From an uncultured virus (IMG/VR IMGVR_UViG_3300017989_000061) (lineage: Duplodnaviria > Heunggongvirae > Uroviricota > Caudoviricetes), in IMG/VR virus record IMGVR_UViG_3300017989_000061: a DNA stretch of 64,000 nucleotides; one strand, 5' to 3'. Below the pieces are notes generated by a model. That model did no database searches and had not been told where the DNA came from. It worked only from the letters and a program-made list of their open reading frames with translations. Positions 1 through 8,173 of this stretch are shown piece after piece; position 1 is the stretch's first letter, and every line of letters begins with the position of its first letter. A program made the position numbers and the translations under genes.

Positions 1-74
1 ATGCTGTGCGGTGGCGAAAGATCTATATACATGGACCAAAAATAAAGTGGTTCAAAACAACAAGGAGAGTTAAT

Positions 75-362
75 ATGTTTTATTTGATTTGGATTTTGGT
101 GATTGGTTTCGTAGCGGGCCTGATTGGGAAAGCTATACATCCGGGGCCTGAGCCGGGTGGCTTAATTGCTACTCTGGTGATTGGGGTTGCAGGAAGTTTC
201 ATAGGTGGTATGATTAACTGGTTGATTGCTGGTGGTTCATTTGGTCCAGCAGGATTGCTGTTTTCGATTATCGGTGCAGTGATCTTTTGTTTTGCATATC
301 GCAAGTATAACTTGAGCAAATACATTCCACTGGAAGACGACAAAGACGAAACTGAAGAATGA
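75..362 (+). CDS. GlsB/YeaQ/YmgE family (transglycosylase-associated) small membrane protein
   Basis: Three Gly-rich hydrophobic helices (IGFVAGLIGK...IGVAGSFIGG...SIIGAVI); AAGGAG RBS before ATG at 75. Confidence 0.85.
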   Translation: MFYLIWILVIGFVAGLIGKAIHPGPEPGGLIATLVIGVAGSFIGGMINWLIAGGSFGPAGLLFSIIGAVIFCFAYRKYNLSKYIPLEDDKDETEE

Positions 363-372
363 AAGACGACTA

Positions 373-648
373 ATGGAATCTTTGATGACTGTTGCCAGAA
401 ATATTCGTCACACAATGATTGAGACGAAAGAAGGCAAAAAGACTGTTCCAGAAATTGAAGCTGTGCTCACGACATTTGATAAAGCAATGGAATTTCATGG
501 TGGAAGCATGGTGAATGTTGAACGCACGAATACAATTCGTTTTCAGATGACAACTGAGACAGCTAGAAATTTTGCTGAGAATTTACATTCTTGGGCAAAT
601 GAGGCCGAAGAGCAATCCGAATCTTTGGTTATCGAGGAACAGGCATGA
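373..648 (+). CDS. hypothetical protein
   Basis: ORF in co-directional run, overlaps next start. Confidence 0.7.
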   Translation: MESLMTVARNIRHTMIETKEGKKTVPEIEAVLTTFDKAMEFHGGSMVNVERTNTIRFQMTTETARNFAENLHSWANEAEEQSESLVIEEQA

Positions 649-914
649 ATCTTTACATTTATCGCCCAAAATCTTTTGTGGCTCGTGCTGTTCGCAAATG
701 CACGACATGTAGAAAGAAAAGGCGATTTTTGGTGAAAGTATATGGCTGGCACCCCTCCACATGGATTTGTGGAGGGTGTGGCTGGTCTTTTTGTGGAGGT
801 CGGCAAAATGTGACACCCACTAAACGAGAAGAAAACAAAGAGTTCGTTCGCACTGAGTGGAAAAATGCAATGAACCACAAACAGGCGATTGAGGAAATTC
901 TCTCTGTGACATGA
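645..914 (+). CDS. hypothetical Zn-ribbon protein
   Basis: CTTC...CGGC cysteine pairs; GAGG RBS. Confidence 0.6.
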   Translation: MNLYIYRPKSFVARAVRKCTTCRKKRRFLVKVYGWHPSTWICGGCGWSFCGGRQNVTPTKREENKEFVRTEWKNAMNHKQAIEEILSVT

Positions 915-924
915 AAGGGAAGTC

Positions 925-1518
925 ATGACACGCATCAATGCTGGGGTTCATCCTTTTGAACTTCCAGATAAATTGCTTCTTGCAGAACATCGTGAAATTG
1001 TTCGTATTCCAAATGCTGTGCGTTCAGGACGTGCAGTCCTTGAAGGAAAAATTCCAAAGGATTTCACGCTTGGCACCGGACATGTACGGTTTTTTTACGA
1101 TAAAATTGGTTACTTGCTCACACGTTACTTAGAAATTTTTCTTGAATGTGAAGATCGTGATTTCAATGTAACATGGATGGGCGGTGCTTTTCGTGAAATT
1201 CCTGATAAACAAATGAACAATTGGTCACCAACCACAGAAGCTCGTCGTCTTATTATTGAACGTATTGAATCCAAGGGATTTTCATTAAGGCGATGTCAAG
1301 CTTGTCCTTTTAGAGATGGTGAAAACAAAGATGCGACAGTGGCTCAAAATTTAGGTTGTTTGCCATCTGCAAGAAATATGATCAAACTGTTCGATGAAGA
1401 AGGCGTTTCTTTATCTTGTCATAATGATGATGAAATGCCATGTAGAGGACTTTCTTCTGTAAGAAACACAAAGAACACAACAATCAAAGCATACACTGAT
1501 TGGTATCATAATGGCTAA
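925..1518 (+). CDS. denV: pyrimidine dimer DNA glycosylase (T4 endonuclease V family) with Cys-rich C-terminal extension
   Basis: MTRIN N-terminus, LLAEHREIVRI, FTLGTGHVRFFYDK motifs. Confidence 0.9.
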   Translation: MTRINAGVHPFELPDKLLLAEHREIVRIPNAVRSGRAVLEGKIPKDFTLGTGHVRFFYDKIGYLLTRYLEIFLECEDRDFNVTWMGGAFREIPDKQMNNWSPTTEARRLIIERIESKGFSLRRCQACPFRDGENKDATVAQNLGCLPSARNMIKLFDEEGVSLSCHNDDEMPCRGLSSVRNTKNTTIKAYTDWYHNG

Positions 1519-1729
1519 AAAAGAATCTTATGCTAAACGCATTGAAGATCGTTGGGAAAATGGAGTTGAACACAATGAAGAAGCAATGCACATTGCTTAT
1601 GCATTAGCCAGATATCTTGAGCCGTAATTCGATATCAAATTTGGTGGCGATGGTGATTTTGGTGAAGGCATTTGTTTTGCTTTGTCATTATGGATTGAAG
1701 ATGGCAAGCCTGATATGAGGCCGGATTGG

Positions 1730-1768
1730 GTGAACTACCCCGACCTCTTTAGGGTCGGGGTAGTTCAC
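1730..1768. repeat. perfect 16-bp inverted repeat resembling an IS200/IS605 end
   Basis: GTGAACTACCCCGACC-TCTTTAG-GGTCGGGGTAGTTCAC; similar to the IS end at 26897. Confidence 0.8.
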
Positions 1769-1845
1769 AAAAGAGGCAGCGATCTTCATCTGCGAATCAC
1801 TCATGAGGCTTCATGTGATGAAAAATGGAATGTGACGCTTCAGTT

Positions 1846-1877
1846 TGCTTTACAAGCCAACTTTTCGTTCGTAAAAT
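1846..1877 (+). promoter_or_regulatory. conserved sigma70-type promoter, copy 1
   Basis: GC-TTTACA(1849)-17 nt-TAAAAT, with CG before the -10 box. Confidence 0.75.
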
Positions 1878-1913
1878 GTTCTTGGATTTAACTTCAAGTT
1901 TGTAGGAGATATC

Positions 1914-2144
1914 ATGGCAGTAGCAGCAAAGATGAAGCTTTGGCCACAGATACGTGATCTGGTCACATGGTGGATTTTCTACAATCTCGATTCGGAGTTT
2001 GACCCCACTCCAGAGAAGATTGACGAATGGTATATGGATGTCTATCGCAACACCGATAGGCACGATGAAATTCACGAAACGCTCTACCGTGAGTATGAAG
2101 AGTTTCGCAACAAGTTTGAGGAACCGAGATCAAAACATGCCTGA
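1914..2144 (+). CDS. hypothetical protein
   Basis: AGGAG RBS, downstream of promoter. Confidence 0.75.
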   Translation: MAVAAKMKLWPQIRDLVTWWIFYNLDSEFDPTPEKIDEWYMDVYRNTDRHDEIHETLYREYEEFRNKFEEPRSKHA

Positions 2145-2343
2145 AGAAAGAACATACATTCTGTATGACAGTCGTGCTTGCGGTGATCAGGGGACAGAAG
2201 ATGCATCTGTTTTCGACACTGCCGACAGCAACAAAGAAGCCAAAAGTCTCAAAGGAGACTATGGTGCCATGGCTTGTTACTCCTGTCGCAAGGATGGCAA
2301 TCAACTCGTAGATGAACGATGGGAATGGGATTATCGGGGTTGA
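2137..2343 (+). CDS. hypothetical protein
   Basis: ATG 2137 (MPEERTY), coupled to neighbours. Confidence 0.65.
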   Translation: MPEERTYILYDSRACGDQGTEDASVFDTADSNKEAKSLKGDYGAMACYSCRKDGNQLVDERWEWDYRG

Positions 2344-2344
2344 T

Positions 2345-2971
2345 ATGACAGATTTCATTACTTCTGACTGGCATCTTGGCGAAGATCGATTTGAAATCAT
2401 GGGGCGTCCGGGTTTTGTAAGTGCCCAGCACATGGTTGATGAATTTATTTTCCTGCACAATGAACTCGTTGAACCTGATGATACAGTCTACGTCGTTGGC
2501 GATGCTGTAAATCTAAACACGCCTGAATTTCTCTCACAGGTGAGTCATTTCAATGGTCGGAAAATCCTCTTTCGAGGAAATCATGACCGAGTGTTTACCG
2601 ACGAACAGCTATCAAAATATTTCGATGAAATCGTTGCTGAAGGCGATGGTCTTGAAATTGATGTAGAAGGTGTTCCTTGTTGGATTACGCACTATCCAAC
2701 ACAGGGCCGAGCCGACCGTTTCAATCTCGTTGGACACATTCATTCAGCTTGGAAAGTTCAATTGAACTCATTCAACGTAGGAGTGGATGTCAACCACTTT
2801 CGACCACATGTGTTAAACAAAGCTGTTCCCTTCTTTCACAAAGCGATAACTGAATTCTACGATCAGGATGTTTGGGTGGCTTATCGTGAAATCAATGAAC
2901 ACTTCAAGGGCAAACGTGGCAAACCCGGTCGTTACCTTGATGTCGATGGGAATGTGGGTGGTGGATCATGA
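2345..2971 (+). CDS. calcineurin-like metallophosphoesterase
   Basis: SDWHLG, VGD, GNHD, THYP, GHIH motifs. Confidence 0.9.
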   Translation: MTDFITSDWHLGEDRFEIMGRPGFVSAQHMVDEFIFLHNELVEPDDTVYVVGDAVNLNTPEFLSQVSHFNGRKILFRGNHDRVFTDEQLSKYFDEIVAEGDGLEIDVEGVPCWITHYPTQGRADRFNLVGHIHSAWKVQLNSFNVGVDVNHFRPHVLNKAVPFFHKAITEFYDQDVWVAYREINEHFKGKRGKPGRYLDVDGNVGGGS

Positions 2972-3435
2972 TGAGAATTATCTGTCCCGGCGATTTGGTT
3001 GACGACGAACAGATGCCTTGTATCTTCTTGGTAGGGCCAACACCAAGAAGCCCAAGCGTGCCATCATGGAGACCAGAGGCAATTAAACTTTTGGAAGAAA
3101 CGGGGTTCAAGGGAACCGTGTTTGTCCCAGAGGTTTTTGGAATGGTTGTTCAAACTTACATTGACCAAGTTGATTGGGAAGATGCGGCACTGGTTTTGTC
3201 TTCTCAAAGAGGCTGCATTGCTGCTTGGGTGCCACGAGAATTGGAAAACATGCCAGCTTTCACTACCAATGTGGAATTTGGCATGTATTTGAATTGTGGT
3301 CGATTTGTTTATGGTCGCCCTGATGGTGCTCCTAAAACAAGGTATCTTGATCGCATGTATGAAAAAAGAACGAACGAGACACCTTGTAACACTTTAAAAG
3401 CACTTATTGAGCAGGCGGTTGATCGGGTTTCTTGA
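2968..3435 (+). CDS. nucleoside 2-deoxyribosyltransferase-like protein
   Basis: IFLVGPTPR..SWR, QVDWE, WVPRELENMPAFTTNVEFG. Confidence 0.8.
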   Translation: MMRIICPGDLVDDEQMPCIFLVGPTPRSPSVPSWRPEAIKLLEETGFKGTVFVPEVFGMVVQTYIDQVDWEDAALVLSSQRGCIAAWVPRELENMPAFTTNVEFGMYLNCGRFVYGRPDGAPKTRYLDRMYEKRTNETPCNTLKALIEQAVDRVS

Positions 3436-3492
3436 TAAACCAGTAAAGTTTGACACCTGATCATTCGATAATGGCGACAAAGGAGAATTACT

Positions 3493-5145
3493 ATGGCTAC
3501 TAAACTCGACAAAAAAGAATACCCAAAAGGTCTTGGTCCTGATGACTTTAAATGTCACGGTCCTGTCGCCACTGAAGATACAAAGTTTGAAGGCTGTATG
3601 CTGGCCGATATGGGCTGTTTTCAGCAGGAAGAAAAGGGTGTTTCCAAAGATGGCAGCGCTCGTAAGGTTGATTCAAATAAATTTTATCACGCTGCTGTGG
3701 TGAGTGATCCAGATGGGGACTGGTATCTTTATGTTGAGTTTGGTCGTGTGGGAAATAATCCTACATTCCAGTTTACGCAATGCTCCAGCAAAGATGAGGC
3801 AATGGCTGCTTTTGTCAAGCAGTGTAAATCCAAGAATACATCCCGAGGTGTATGGGATAAAGTTGGCGGCATCGATATGTTCGTGCCAAAGAAAGATAGC
3901 AAGGGTAAGCTGAAAGATCTGTACGCTGTGAGGCCGCTCGTCTCACGTGATACGGGTCTTCCAGATGCCCGTAATCTTTCTGCTGACGATGGTTCTACTC
4001 AATCTTCTGCTTCATCTAACGGTTCTAAAAAGAAAACCAAAGCCAAGAGCAAAAATCGCTGCGATATTGAAACCTCAAAACTAATGCGTGATCTTCTTGG
4101 CGGTACGATTCAGCACGCTCGTACCACACTTCAAGGAGGCACTGTTCCGTCACAGAAAGCACTGGATCAGGGTCGAGATTTGCTTCAGGCTGCACTTAAA
4201 CGTGTTGGCAAAGTTGGTGGTGATGTTGACAATCAGGTCAATGATCAGGAATTGAAGCAGATCACTTATGCTTTGTATGGGTTGATTCCTAAAATCAAAC
4301 CGCTCAATGCACATGAAAGCTCATGGATTCTTTCAGCGAATAACATCAATGAGTGGGAACTTGAAATTGATGCTTTTGAATCTGCTTTGAAGACTGGCGA
4401 TTTCACCATTGAAGATGATGGTAATGATCCGATGGCGGGAATGCCTTTGGATATGAAGCATATTTCTAAGACTTCAGAAATTGGCAAGTATCTTTATGCT
4501 TGGTGGAAAGAAGCTACCAAAAATAGATATGGTGGTCGTGGTTCTTTGACCGTTCATCATCTTTGGGAAGTCCTTCGTCATGGCGATGACAAGACTTTCA
4601 CAAAGTCACAGGATCAAATTAAATCAGAAATGAAAAAGCTTTCTGATGGTGATCGTCCGTTACATCAGGACAAAAAGCGTCCTGATTTGACTCCAGCTCA
4701 ACGGAGAAAGTATTGGGAAACCAATACTGCCGCTTTGTTCCACGGAACTCGTTCGGTAAATGTTGCTGGTATCTTGAGAGAGAATTTCCGATTCCCACAG
4801 GAACTTGTCAATGTAGCTACAAATGGTGCTGCATTTGGTCAGGGAATTTACTTTGCTGACGACTGGCAGAAATCTTCGCAGTATTGTTCAGCATCGGGTT
4901 CAATGTATGCTGGTGATGGTGGAATTTCTGGTCGTCATTCTTTTATGATGCTTTGTGATGTTTGTCTTGGAATGCCGGATATTGCAGGTACAGGTGGCGG
5001 CAGAAGTATGACAGCCAGCAAAGGAACTCACCACGTGTTTGGTAAGGGCGGCATGAGTGGTGGCTACCTTGCCAATAACGAGTTCATTATCTACAAAAAG
5101 GGTCGTCACATGATCAAATATCTTGCAGAAGTTTCTTGGAGATAA
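3493..5145 (+). CDS. poly(ADP-ribose) polymerase-like protein (WGR + helical regulatory + catalytic domains)
   Basis: WGR-like SNKFY...EFGRVG; YGLIP helical region; H-Y-E triad LFHGT / FGQGIYFAD..KSSQY / NNEFIIY. Confidence 0.85.
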   Translation: MATKLDKKEYPKGLGPDDFKCHGPVATEDTKFEGCMLADMGCFQQEEKGVSKDGSARKVDSNKFYHAAVVSDPDGDWYLYVEFGRVGNNPTFQFTQCSSKDEAMAAFVKQCKSKNTSRGVWDKVGGIDMFVPKKDSKGKLKDLYAVRPLVSRDTGLPDARNLSADDGSTQSSASSNGSKKKTKAKSKNRCDIETSKLMRDLLGGTIQHARTTLQGGTVPSQKALDQGRDLLQAALKRVGKVGGDVDNQVNDQELKQITYALYGLIPKIKPLNAHESSWILSANNINEWELEIDAFESALKTGDFTIEDDGNDPMAGMPLDMKHISKTSEIGKYLYAWWKEATKNRYGGRGSLTVHHLWEVLRHGDDKTFTKSQDQIKSEMKKLSDGDRPLHQDKKRPDLTPAQRRKYWETNTAALFHGTRSVNVAGILRENFRFPQELVNVATNGAAFGQGIYFADDWQKSSQYCSASGSMYAGDGGISGRHSFMMLCDVCLGMPDIAGTGGGRSMTASKGTHHVFGKGGMSGGYLANNEFIIYKKGRHMIKYLAEVSWR

Positions 5146-5148
5146 TTG

Positions 5149-5337
5149 ATGAGTGATCATCGATGCGAGAACTGTGGCAAGACTTACAAAGTCAGCGTTG
5201 TTGTTTCTGATGAGACATGGAATAGAATCAAAACATCAGATGGTGGTCCACTTTGTGGCACTTGTGTTGTCAAGCGACTCGAAAGTCGATTGCAATCAGG
5301 AAAATCGGTGAAGGGAAAAATCAATGTTTGGGTTTGA
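5149..5337 (+). CDS. small Zn-finger protein
   Basis: CENC...LCGTC. Confidence 0.6.
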   Translation: MSDHRCENCGKTYKVSVVVSDETWNRIKTSDGGPLCGTCVVKRLESRLQSGKSVKGKINVWV

Positions 5338-5548
5338 GGAAGAAGAAGCGGAAGAACTCGGCAGTTGGGGCCGTTTCTACAAACGTATCGACAAATTCAG
5401 AGCCAAAGGGAAACGGTTTCCACTGATCCAACACCACTGTTGGTGGTTGTTTCACAACTGTTTTGCACACATGTGTATTGGTCTATTTCCTCATCGATTT
5501 ACCTTTTGGCTCCATGATTGGACAAGTAGAAAGTTAAACGCCGAATGA
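5324..5548 (+). CDS. hypothetical protein
   Basis: overlapping co-directional ORF. Confidence 0.6.
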   Translation: MFGFEEEEAEELGSWGRFYKRIDKFRAKGKRFPLIQHHCWWLFHNCFAHMCIGLFPHRFTFWLHDWTSRKLNAE

Positions 5549-5940
5549 CTTTTAATGCTCCATCTCTTGGTTGGCTATATGGTCATTATAAGAAGTACAT
5601 CAACAAGTGGGCTGAGTTTGAAGTTGTCAACGAAGAGAATACGATCATCCCATGGTTTAGAGAACAGTTTGGTTTTGATGATTCAAAGACTGTGACATTT
5701 CGTGGATTGTTCTTAGGTTTTCTCAAAAAACCACCTCGTGGAGTTGTGGCCTGTTTGCCACAGGAAACTGAGTTGCATCTTGTTTTTCGGAAAGTGTCAA
5801 TCTCACAAGATAAGAAAACAGTCGGTATCGATTTGAGAGAGTTGGCATTTCCCATAGAGTCAATCAATTTCAGAAACAGCTTTTTTCAAATCAATGAAAC
5901 TTTGAGATTGGCGGGTTTGACTAATCAGAGTAGTTTTTAG
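5545..5940 (+). CDS. hypothetical protein
   Basis: ATGA-coupled ORF. Confidence 0.65.
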   Translation: MTFNAPSLGWLYGHYKKYINKWAEFEVVNEENTIIPWFREQFGFDDSKTVTFRGLFLGFLKKPPRGVVACLPQETELHLVFRKVSISQDKKTVGIDLRELAFPIESINFRNSFFQINETLRLAGLTNQSSF

Positions 5941-6012
5941 TTAGGGGTTGCTGCTTCGCTTGTGTAACTAAAAAACCCCAACACCCCGTCAATCTTTTCT
6001 ACAGGTGCTTCG

Positions 6013-6375
6013 ATGTCAAAAGACATAACTGAGATCGACAAAGTCATTGAACGATGGACCAATGAGCAGGAGGTCTTGCTTCATGCAGGTGAGATGGAGG
6101 CACAAGAACTCCGCACGGCAATGGCTGTGTTGAACGCTTTTGCTCGTGAGATCAAAATGGCTCTGGCTGGACAATTGATCCTGTCTTCTTATCAGCAAAC
6201 GGCACTTGCTGAAGTTTGCAGCCTTGTGGCTACACCTGCTTATCGAATTCGCAATGGTGAAATGCCCGATATGGAAAAATTGGGTGATGGTGTTGTCGAT
6301 CATTTGGAGCGGTTTCATAAAATTGACTGGAACGATCTCTACGACAAACTTCACCGTAGCGGAGCAAATTTCTGA
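6013..6375 (+). CDS. hypothetical protein
   Basis: ORF with AGGTG RBS. Confidence 0.7.
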   Translation: MSKDITEIDKVIERWTNEQEVLLHAGEMEAQELRTAMAVLNAFAREIKMALAGQLILSSYQQTALAEVCSLVATPAYRIRNGEMPDMEKLGDGVVDHLERFHKIDWNDLYDKLHRSGANF

Positions 6376-6923
6376 TGTACATAAGGATTGGCAATGAAGA
6401 AATGGTTCCCGGTGCATTTCATTGTGTCTTTGCAGCCTTCTATGCAGAAGATGGCAAACCTTACAGGAACTACAAAGATGTTTCTGAGAACCACCGAAAT
6501 ACAGTTATTCCCACGGTGATGATGCAGTTGCGGTGGGATGGCACGTTTGGTTTTCCCGGTGGCAAAGTCGATGGGGAAGAGACTTTGCGGGAAGCTTTGG
6601 TGCGGGAAGTGCAAGAGGAAGTCAATTATAACATTCAGCACCTTATCGACAAAGTGCATCTTGTTGGCTCTTACAGCACCAAAGAGCGTAAGATGTGTCA
6701 GCATTGTTTTGGGATTCATGTTCCATACGAAGAACTCAAGAGAATTCGCATGTGTTCTTTGACCGGCGAACACATTGATTCAGAGAATTCGGGGAGTGTG
6801 CTTGTTCATATCATGAACTATGGTCCAAATAGCGGTTTTGAGGCTTTTCGTCAGAATAACTTCAAAGCAACTGCTGGTATGGAACTTGATGATTTAGTGA
6901 ATCAAATGAATTGGATTCAGTGA
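6375..6923 (+). CDS. Nudix hydrolase, NUDT16 (U8 snoRNA-decapping)-like
   Basis: MMQLRWDGTFGFPGGKVD...REVQEE Nudix box; resembles the NUDT16 MQMRFDGRLGFPGGFVD signature. Confidence 0.85.
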   Translation: MYIRIGNEEMVPGAFHCVFAAFYAEDGKPYRNYKDVSENHRNTVIPTVMMQLRWDGTFGFPGGKVDGEETLREALVREVQEEVNYNIQHLIDKVHLVGSYSTKERKMCQHCFGIHVPYEELKRIRMCSLTGEHIDSENSGSVLVHIMNYGPNSGFEAFRQNNFKATAGMELDDLVNQMNWIQ

Positions 6924-7195
6924 TGGCAAAGAGTGTTGCTGAAGGGTTGAGAAATATCCTTAAAGACAAATCAATTATTCATGCCAATGATGCTTGGAAT
7001 TGCCTTGTGCAAACATACCCTCAGTTTATAGGACGTAAACGAGCTTTTCAGGTTGCTTGGAGTAAAATGAGAGGGGTGGGTGCAACGCCCCATAATCGAC
7101 GAATTAAAGCGGCAGAACGGTTAATTGAGGTTTGTGAAGGCAACAAACAAAAGGCGTTAGATGCTCTCCAGTTTGTTGTAGAATCATCTAAATGA
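6923..7195 (+). CDS. hypothetical basic protein
   Basis: TGATG-coupled ORF. Confidence 0.65.
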   Translation: MAKSVAEGLRNILKDKSIIHANDAWNCLVQTYPQFIGRKRAFQVAWSKMRGVGATPHNRRIKAAERLIEVCEGNKQKALDALQFVVESSK

Positions 7196-7203
7196 ATCTA
7201 TGT

Positions 7204-7235
7204 TGCTTTACAATTTAATTTTTTGGTCGTAGAAT
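7204..7235 (+). promoter_or_regulatory. conserved sigma70-type promoter, copy 2
   Basis: GC-TTTACA(7207)-17 nt-TAGAAT. Confidence 0.8.
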
Positions 7236-7301
7236 GTAAGAAGTCCTACAGAAATTGCCTGCTCTTGTCGATAACAAAGAAACTCTAATGGAGGAAACCA
7301 A

Positions 7302-8036
7302 ATGTGCCGTTTAGATTCAAATATTGAAGCTTTGTACGAAAAAACAATCGATGCCTTTGTTGAGCAGGGCAGACCTTTCAGTGGTTACGATCTCACTGTT
7401 GAGACTCGTCGTCGGGAAGGTGTTCAAATGCGTCATGGTCCCAATCGTCAGGGGATTCATGAAATTCCCAGTCTCATTGAACTTTGTGATGATTTCGGTG
7501 ATTGGGACAAAACACTGACTTCGCTGCATAATGGCACGCAAGTCCTTGTTTATCACCCAAATGGCTATGATCTTTCACAGTATGAGCCAATGGCCGATTC
7601 ATACTCCAAAGGTCAATCAACTTCATCACCTGTCGCAGCTCAAACTTCCTCACCGACAGTTTGTACGTCTGCACCAGCAGGAATCAGCGGTAGCAGCCCG
7701 CTTGGTTCTGATGACGATGCAGATGATGTTGGCGGTGAGCAGGATGATGGCACCTATAAGACCAATTGCCGAGGTGGTTTGTTCATCCGAACGCAATTTC
7801 TGCGTGAAGCTGAAATTGAGCCAAATGACACTGTCAATGTTGTGATCAACGACGGTGAAATCCTGCTGACAAACATCACAAGTGGGCTTCAGGGTTACCT
7901 TTCTATTGATCAGCGAAAGATTGAAAGAAATGGTGATCTTCGACTTGCTCGTAGGACTCTCCATGAAGCCAATATGACTGGTGATTCATTCAATATTGAA
8001 AATACGGACAATGGTGTAAAAATCACCGAGCCGTAA
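7302..8036 (+). CDS. protein with C-terminal tandem AbrB/MraZ-like DNA-binding domains
   Basis: Two repeats of RG.L.I....LREA.I...D.V.V......I.L/IT after a Ser-rich linker; GGAGG RBS. Confidence 0.6.
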   Translation: MCRLDSNIEALYEKTIDAFVEQGRPFSGYDLTVETRRREGVQMRHGPNRQGIHEIPSLIELCDDFGDWDKTLTSLHNGTQVLVYHPNGYDLSQYEPMADSYSKGQSTSSPVAAQTSSPTVCTSAPAGISGSSPLGSDDDADDVGGEQDDGTYKTNCRGGLFIRTQFLREAEIEPNDTVNVVINDGEILLTNITSGLQGYLSIDQRKIERNGDLRLARRTLHEANMTGDSFNIENTDNGVKITEP

Positions 8037-8052
8037 ATTTCAATGAGTTTTC

Positions 8053-8088
8053 AAAAGGGAATAGGTTTTTGGCCTATTCCCTTTTTTT
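8053..8088 (+). terminator. intrinsic terminator
   Basis: AAAAGGGAATAGG/CCTATTCCC stem followed by T7. Confidence 0.85.
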
Positions 8089-8173
8089 GTTCTAAGATTC
8101 ATCTTGACCTTTTTAAGTATCAAACTTAGAGTGCTGTTGTCTAATAAAGTCCACTCTCTAAAGGAGTCCAAGG

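Larger units (their letters stand above)
1511..1891 (+). pseudogene. phage hypothetical gene interrupted by in-frame TAA (1625-1627)
   Basis: ORF from ATG 1511 continues in frame past TAA into FDIKFGGDGDFGE and the 1682..1891 ORF. Confidence 0.55.
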
